From a virus (Duplodnaviria; Caudoviricetes), in IMG/VR virus record IMGVR_UViG_3300044733_004704, positions 67,023 through 131,022 of that record: DNA of 64,000 nucleotides, one strand, 5' to 3'. How positions within the stretch are numbered: position 1 is the first letter of the stretch; each line of letters begins with the position of its first letter. The notes beneath the pieces are model-generated. The model was not told the origin of the DNA and ran no database searches. It saw only the letters and a list, made by a program, of their open reading frames with translations. Shown here piece by piece: positions 10,901 through 19,900 of the stretch. Both the position numbers and the translations under genes were made by a program.

Positions 10901-13900
10901 TCCGTCGCGACGAGTACGTCTTTTTGGTTTTCTTGAAAAATTAGGAGAAATATTTGGCAATGGCTCCGTATTGATCTCTTTAATAAATGTTTCTATTTTG
11001 GTATTTCCGGATGGTCCTTCCATAAGTTTAGTATATAATGATTGATAGCCCAAGATCAGGTCTGTAAACTCACCATCTTTTCCATTTTTATATATGTCAG
11101 ATTTGGTTAATTGTTTTTCTGATCCGATAATACTATCAATATCTTGTATTCCCCAAAATAAACTTTTTTGATATTTTGGTAATTCAGCTTTTTTAGTTCC
11201 AGTGATTGAACCATAATTATTATATAATGTACCAATTTTTTCTCCAAGATATATTCTTTCAAAAGATTCACCAATGCCGGACTTGCCTCTATTTCCAACA
11301 GCAATAAAATTATCTGTTTGAATTGTTCCTAATTTTTTAAAGTCTTTATCACCATATTGTTCTAAAATAGGTAGTTTTAATTTAGTAGCCTGTTCTGCAT
11401 TTTTAGCTGTTTTTTGTTTTTCTGTTGATTGGCTAACGGCTTCTTGTAATTTAGGCGCATCGTCATCTTTTCCGGTTCCGGCGGTTGCTACTCCTCCAGC
11501 TAAAACATATCCTCCCTCATTGTAGTATCTTACTTTTCCACCATTACTATATTTTTTACTATTAATATTTTGTAATAATGGAAGATTAGCTTTTGTTGCT
11601 GCTCGATTAACCACAAACTCTCCGGGAGTCAACATTGCAGGAACAGTATCAGTTCCTTTTGGAGCAAAATCAATAGCTCTGCCCATTGATGCGTATATTA
11701 CGCCTCCTTTGCGTTTGTTTTGAGCAGGAATAGGGTCTTTTCCTTCTTCGTCTCTTTTACCTACGATCTCGACCAATTTTTGTATATTGTCTCTTATATC
11801 ATTAAATACTTGTTGATCGAAAGTTAAAGGAACACTACTAATTGCTGTTGCTAGTTTTGTTGCTGCTATTTCTGCGGTATTCTCGCTCATCATCCTTTGT
11901 AGTTCACCTAATATATCATTAGCTTGTGTTTGTTTAGCCAAACTTTCTCTATAAACACTAATAGCTTCTGCCATTTGAGGATCCCCTTCGGGATTTCTTA
12001 AACTATCCAAAACTGATTGAAAAGTACTATCTATACCAACACCGCTTTCTTTAAGCATACTTTCTAACACATTAGCTTTTAATTCATTTTGTTGCTGTCC
12101 ATCTCCTAATAGTGGAGCAAGCATATTAAAAGCCTGTAAACTTTCACCTCTTTGTTCTGCTGTGCTACCAACATTTAATCCGCCTCTCATATTATTATTT
12201 AATCGTCCTATTGAAGCATTTAATCTGGCTAATTCTTCCGGATTAGAAGTTACCATTTTTTCTATAAGATTAGCTCCGGCTTGTCTTCTAGCTTGTACCT
12301 CTTGAATTTTAGCTAAAGCTGCTTGTGCTAAATCGGTACTGTCCGCCATTTGTTTTAATGCATCAATATTTTCTCTAAGAGCCACGTTAGTGTTTCTTAG
12401 TCGATTTTGCATAACGGCGAATTCGTCTTTTGCGGCCGGACCTCTATTGCCAGCATTATCAGCAGCTGTTTGTAATGTTCGTCTTTGAGCTTCTAAATTC
12501 ACAACGTTTCTACCAATATCACCAGGATTTGTTAATCCTCCTGTCATAGATCTTATTGGCGCTTCTGTTACATTTCTTGTTTCTGTTAAAGATACTGTTT
12601 GCCCTAATGTTTTAGCTAGTTCCATAGCTCCTTTAGCTTGAACCTCGCTAGCTTTTCTCATCCTATTATTAGCTTCTATCTGAAAATCAACCATTTGATT
12701 CATAGCTTGAGCATACTCATTAAGATTCTTTTGATAAAATTCCATAGCTTTAACAGCTAATTCTTGTGCTCTTTGTGCTGAGCTAATAGCTTTTGCAAAA
12801 GCGGGAACTTCTTCTGTTATCTGATCAAAGTTTAATCTTGTATCTTCTCCGCCTCTTTCGCTTCTTATCTTTTCAAAAGCTAATTTAGTTTGTCCTGCTA
12901 ACTTATCTGCTATATTAGGAGGTAATCCTAAATCTTTTAATTGAGCATCTAGAGCATTTCTAATATTTGACGCTATTCCTTCTGTGCTACCTGTTGGATT
13001 AGCCTGAACAGAACGATTGATAGTACTCATTACCGTACTTTCTAACTTATCTCCAAGTCCCAATAGTGGCCTAACAAGATCAGCTTGAGATCCAAAAAAT
13101 CCTGCTGCTTGATCAAAAGCTGCTCCTTGCTCTTGTCCTGAATATGCTCTTGGATTTTGTAACACATTAATACTGTCGAGCATAACATCTCCAGCCTTAG
13201 CATTTCCGCTTAAAGCTGCTGCTGATAATTCTGCTGAACGAGAAAGTTTACTTAATTCAAAGTCTGTTTTATTTATGGCCTGTTCCATCCCATTAAACAT
13301 TCTTTCCAAACTTGTTGCAAAATTATTGGTTTGTCTACCTAGTTTCTCAAACTCAATTTGTTTCATACTATTTTTCATATTAACACTAGCAACTCTGTTA
13401 GCTTCGGATGTTGTTATTTCTTTGATAATAGCGCTTTTGCGTTGTTCTGATATGTTTCTATCATTCTCTATCAACATAATTTGTTCATTGATTTTCGGAT
13501 TCATTCTAGCAAGAACTTCAGCTGATTGATTACCAGCAGCATTTAATTCAGCAAGAATAGTATCCATGTCCATACCGGACCGAAGTTTATTTTCGAACTG
13601 TTTTAATATATTTTGGCCTTGTGGCTGAACCTTTTGAGCTGTTTCAACGGCCTTTTCTGGTGCAATTCTGCCTATTGCCGCTTGTTGAGCATTATTAGAA
13701 AATACAGATGAGATATAGCTTCCAATACCTTCTTTTTCCAATATCATACTTCTACCAGCAGCCTGCGAACCACCATCAAGATCTAATAGATTAGCCCACA
13801 TTGCTTTTGGAACTTTTAAATCAGTTTCAAGATTTTTCATCAACTGTTTGGATCCGTAACTTAATTCACTATCAATTTTACTAAGAAAATCTATATTAGT

Positions 13901-16900
13901 AGTATCTTTTTCAAATTGTGCAAATAGGTCGCTTACTCTACTTAAACTTTCGTCTACTCTTTTTTGACTTGTTTGTAAATCAAACTCTCTAGCAGCATTA
14001 TATGCTTCTTTAAAACCAGCTGCTATGGCAACTGCCCCACCCGCTAACGATGCTCCGACTAAAGCCATAGGACTTGCTATAAAACCCATTATCTTAGGAG
14101 CTAAACTAGTGGCTACTTTACCTATACCGCCTCCCATTCCTTGCATAGTATCTAAAACAAATTTTATACCTCCTGGTAATTGACTTAGAGAAGCTCCTAA
14201 TGTACTGACGGTACTAGCTACGCTACTTATACCAGTACTAAGAACAGCAGTATCTTTATTTTCCGACCCTCCTAATGATTTGATAGTAGACGATATGACA
14301 GATCCTATTCCACCAATAGCTAAACTAGTTTTAGCCAATGTAGACGCCATTTTTTGAGCAGCTGCTACGTTCTTGTCGTAAAGATTACTTGCTGCTAATT
14401 CGGCAGAACTTGCTAGTTTTTGCAAAGCTTCCTCAGGAATACCCAAACTAACGCTAAGTTTTTGGGTTGCTGATTGTAAAGCTGTTGCATCTGTTGATGA
14501 TTGTTTGAATGCTTCTTGTAATTCTTGCGAATTATTAATAATATCAACAAATGTTTTATCGGTATCCCCCATACTTGCTGCTAAATCATCAATTATAGTT
14601 GTTATTTGAGACGATTCAAGATTTGTTCCAAGATCAGCTAATTGTTTAGCTAATTGTTCTTTAGCTTTAGTAATTTTATCTTCATCTCCACTGTTAATAT
14701 CTCCTCGTAAACTAACAGCAGTTTCATTAAACTTACTAATTTTACCAGGAGCTGATTTTTGTAGATCTTTAGCAAGATTCAAAATATTTTGTTTAAGATT
14801 ACTTTGATACTGTGATAGTGTTTGTCCGTTTTGTTCTGCTTTGAGTCTCATGAGTTCTAATGCGTCAGCCGCTCTTGTAGCAGCTGCTGCTTTGGCTTTG
14901 TCTGCCTCGGCGGCAAGATCATTGTTTTTTGATACTTGTGCAATAATACTATTTAAATCAGTACCTTCTCCTAAGCCCGGAACATTAAATGCTTGTAGTC
15001 CTCTGGAACTAATTGTTTCATTAAGTGCTTGTTGTCTTGCTTCTGGTGCTGACGGAGCTTCTGGCCCTAAAGCATTGCTAAAATCTTGTTCCATAATATC
15101 AACTGATCTAGCATCAATTTCTTGTTGTAGTCCGGATATATATTCTGCTGTAGACTGATTAGCTTCTTTAGCTTTTTGTGCTAATAATTCTTGTAATATT
15201 GCTTGTTGTTGAGCAGCTTTATTAGCCTGTATGGTAGCATCAGCAGCCTGAAATTTTGATCTGGCGTCATCCTGAATAGCCTGTTTATCTTCTTTAGACG
15301 ATGCTCCTCTATATACTGGATCGTATTCGGATTTAATATTTTGTTTAGTTTCTATTCTTTGAGCAATTGCTTCGTTTTCTGCTGCTGCTAGTTTTTGCTC
15401 GGCAGATTTTGGTACGGGAGGCGGCGTTCTTGGTAAAGAAGTTTTGGGGGTTGTTGAAGTGTCGTCGGGATCGGGCGGGATTTGAGGACTCGGTGGAGTA
15501 ACCGCATATGTTGTGGCTGATTTTGGCGGCTCTATAGGAGCAGAATTTTGGTATGCGTCTATTCCTTTATTTAAAGCATCAATATAATTCGTCATAATAG
15601 CATCAATTTCTGCCGCGCTTTTTCCTTGTTTAGCCAAAGACACGGCTACTGCACGATAGCTTTGCATCATCAAACTAGCATCTTCTACTGTTCCATTGAT
15701 AGTACTAAAATATCTATCTAAAGCGTTTGCTAAAACCGGAGCCACTTTGTCTATCTCTTGCCAGGCCGAATAACCATTACTTATGATTTGTTCTGTGGTT
15801 CTAAAACTGTCTGCTAATAATATTGCGCTTGTCTTTAGAAATCCAAGATCGGGCACTGGCGCCTGAATACCAGTTGCATGTTTTCTATAAGAAACCTTGT
15901 CACCATCTTTGAATTTTCTTACTCCAACAGCACCACCACTATTTAAACCTAATGCTTTAGTTGCCTTTTCTCTTATAACAAAACTACCTACAGGCAGATT
16001 TGTTGGTATACTATCACTGGTTCCGTTTCCGGGGCCCTTAAATACGCTAATACCTCCTTCACTGAACTCTGTCATACCATTTTTATCAGCTTGATTCATA
16101 CGTTCTAATTTTCCATAGCCAATTTGTTTAGCAAGTTTGGGTGGCACAAAAGCCTCTCCGTTACTGACTAGAGCAGGAACTGATCCTCCGCCTTTAAGTT
16201 TGCTAATTAATCCACCAACTGATAGTTTTTGTCTACTTATTCCGGCGCCTCCCAATAAGTCATCCAGAGTACTATCCAAAATTCCACTTAAATTTTCATC
16301 CAACAATGGTAATTTTTGTACTAGTGTTGTTAAAAATTCTTCTTTACCATTATCTTCATATTTATCTATAACATCTTGACTTATTTTACCTCTTAATAAA
16401 ATATCATTAACTCTAGGATTCAGTGGCTTGAAAGCTTTAGCATTTGTGGTGGACTGTGTTTCGGCCCAAGTTTTTCTTAATTCTGGAACATATTCCGGAT
16501 CACTATTAACATATTTTTCAAATGACTCTTTTTTAGCGGAGCCTATCATTAAACTGCTTAGTCCACTAAGTTTATAACTTCTTCCATAAGCAACATCAGC
16601 ACTATTATATCCAGTATTTCCCACCAAAGCATCAAAAGCATCGGCCACATCATCATTATTTCCACTAAATAAACTAGCAACTTTGGCCTTGTATGCTTCA
16701 AATGATTGAGCATTTTTAGTTCTAAGACTATTAAAAAGTTGATGAGTTAATTCATGATATAAAATACTATAATCTTGACGTTGACTTGTATTAAACGGAT
16801 TAGTCGCTATACCAACGCTACCACGACCACTCTGGTTTGCAGATTGTAATCTAGATTCTTTTGCAGCTTTAATAGCCACATTATTTTTATCAATAAGAGA

Positions 16901-19900
16901 TCTTTGTTGTTTTTGTAAATCTTCTAATTCTGCTCTTAGTTTTTCTGTTAGAGCCACATCATAACCAAAACTACCATCTTCATATGTTGTAACAGAAGTT
17001 TTGATTGTTTTTAATATTTGTTTCTTTTTTTCTTCTATTAGTTTAGTATATCCAAATAAATCTTGTTTATCTTGTTCAGTATAACCATATGGTGTCAGGT
17101 CCACTCCTTGTAGTCCTCTGGTTCCTGGGCCAGAAGGATCCTTGTTAAATAGTGCTGTAGCAGGATAATTAACACCAAAATCTAACTGAGTTGGTATAGC
17201 AGACAAGAAGTCTGTGGGTGGTAATCCTATGACTCGTGCAAATTGTCCCATTCTTTCAAAAACTGTATTTCTACTTATTTTATCCTTAAACGAATTTATG
17301 AATAGTTCTCTACTAAAAGGAGATTCGTATCCTTTTTGTACAGCCTCTTCGTCTACAATCATTCTTTCATTACCAGGATACGTTGAAAAAACCTTCTCCA
17401 TTTGTTCTTGTTCTAATAATTTTTCCATTTCCCGAACATAAGCATTACTTATTCTTTTGGGAAATTTAAATGATCCAGAGCCAATTGTTGCTGCTCCTCC
17501 TTTAGCATAGGCTTGTGGATTTTCTGTAAAGTATCTACTAAATTCTTCTCTGGCTTTTGAAAAACTGTCTCCATCCAAAGTTCTTTTTACTTCTGTTTCA
17601 ATATTCGGAGGTAATCCAAAAAGTTGAGCACCTCTACCTAGTCCTTGTGGAAAATCAATCGCCCTATTTCTTTGTAAAGCATCAACATTTATATTATAGC
17701 CCAATAATTGTGATAGTGCCGCTTCTAACATACCTCCTTCAATATTAGATTGTCCAAATTTTTCTTCTGCTGGTCCTTTAAGTTCTGGAACTTCACCATA
17801 ACGAAAAGTGCTTTTACCAGCAGCCATTGTTGCTCTAATATTTTCTTCACTATCATCGATTAATTTTTCGGCTGCTGCAACATTAGCAGCTTTAGCTTTT
17901 GCTATATTTGTTCCTAATCCTTGACTAACTCCAGTAACATCTTGTTCTAAATAGGGTAATCCAAATCTATTAAGAGTAGATGCTATAATATCTGCTGTAC
18001 TTTGAGGACGAGCCGTTAAGATGCGACTATACATCCTAACATATCCAGGATTTTTTTGTTCTATACTAGCCAATCTTTTAGCTAGTGAGGTTGGTCTAGC
18101 TTGGGCTAGACTTTCCATAACTTTTTTTCTATCCGAATAGGCTGGTAAATCTTCTTTACCATTTTCATCTAGCATTTTTGTTCCAAGAGCTAATGTTTCA
18201 TCAAAATCTATTGCTAATGGTTGAATTGGCCCCTGAATATTTCTATTACCTAATCCGCCTAATGCTGCCGTATCTTGAATATCTTCAGCAAATTTTTGAC
18301 GAGTAGCTCTATTAGCCTCTTGCATAGCTTCTATTTGTGGTAAAAAGCTAGATTGAAATCCTCTAACATAACCATAAATTTCTCTACCATCTTCCAACTT
18401 CCAGTCTGAAAAATCTTTATTATAATCTAATGGAAATAATCCGGCAATTGCAACTTTTCTCATGGCTGCTTCTTTTGCTTCTCTAGCAGCATCTGTTTTT
18501 CCTGTCTTAGCTAGCGCCCTATTTATAAATTTAATAGCTTTTTCTATGTTTTTACCGGCTCTAATATTACTAGCATTCAATATAGAGCTAATCTCTCTTT
18601 CTCCAGCTCCTAATCCTAGTATTTTTTTAACTCCGCTAGCATCTCCAAAACTGGATAATTGTTCTAAAATTACAGTTTCAATAGATTTTTTTTCTTTAGC
18701 AGCTATGTTTTCTACTGTTCCGCCAACCGCAAACCTTCGTCTTGCTGCTTTTTGATCACCATAAACCATGCGTTTACCAACCGGACCACGCGAAGCTTGT
18801 GTTGCTAATTTTCCTCTTTTTATAAACTCTCTAATAGTTTCTTCATCTTTGAGTTCATCAAATCTCATACTCTGAAGACCGCCGATAGCATCATATCTAG
18901 CAACTGGAAATCCATTTAAAACACCAACAGAAGATGATTTTTCTGAAAATAGTTTTTTAAATAATGGCAACTGTGATCTAGATGATTCTAAATTAGCAAT
19001 AATTTTATCAGCACGAGCCTCATCAATTATCATAGAATTAGAAATTGATTTTGATATAAGTTGTTCATCGCTCCCATAAAATTCGCCCAAAAGAGTTCTT
19101 ATAGTTGATAATTTAGATTGTAGCGCTTCTCCTCCGCCAGCAAATTTTTTAATTAATCCACCAGAATTTAATAGTTCTTTATATGCTCCGGATCTAGACT
19201 GTGTTCTAGTCCTCTGTAGTCCTGTTGCACCGCTTACATATGACGATCCAAATTTTGATGGTTTGAATAATAGATCGATATAACTAGATTCCTCTAAATT
19301 ATCTTGAGTTATAATCCTCTTTAAGCTGTCTAGCTCACTATCAATATCAAAACTAGAAATACTTGGAAATTCTGATGGCGGTGGATTATTTTTATTTGTA
19401 TATTGTTTTGTTGGTAAAGATTTTATAGCAGTAACGAGTTGTTGTCTTGTATCTTTTTTATCATTTTTAGGCAATCTACCATATTGCCCAACAAACAAAG
19501 AATCTTCTGATGTTGCTATAAAATTAGCTAAATCATTTTGACTAACTAAATTAGGATTATTGGCTCTAAGAGCTTGATTCCAATTTGATGGTAAATTTAA
19601 TATAACTCTATCTTTAATTCTAAGTTGCATTTTTTTAATCAAATTATTAAAATCAAAATCTCCTGATTCTAATTGTTGTTTTGTTACTCCGGCATTGTCG
19701 TATGCAGAAGCGAAAAACTCTTTACTTCTATAATTTCTTGCATAATTTTGTAGATTTTTTTTACTTATTTGTATATCAGATCCTATATGAGATTTATTAA
19801 GAGTATTATTTTGCGGAACGATTTTTCTAACTTGATCTCCTTTAGCATATCTATTCATTCTTACCAAATTACCTCTTCCATACTTATTAACAGCACGATT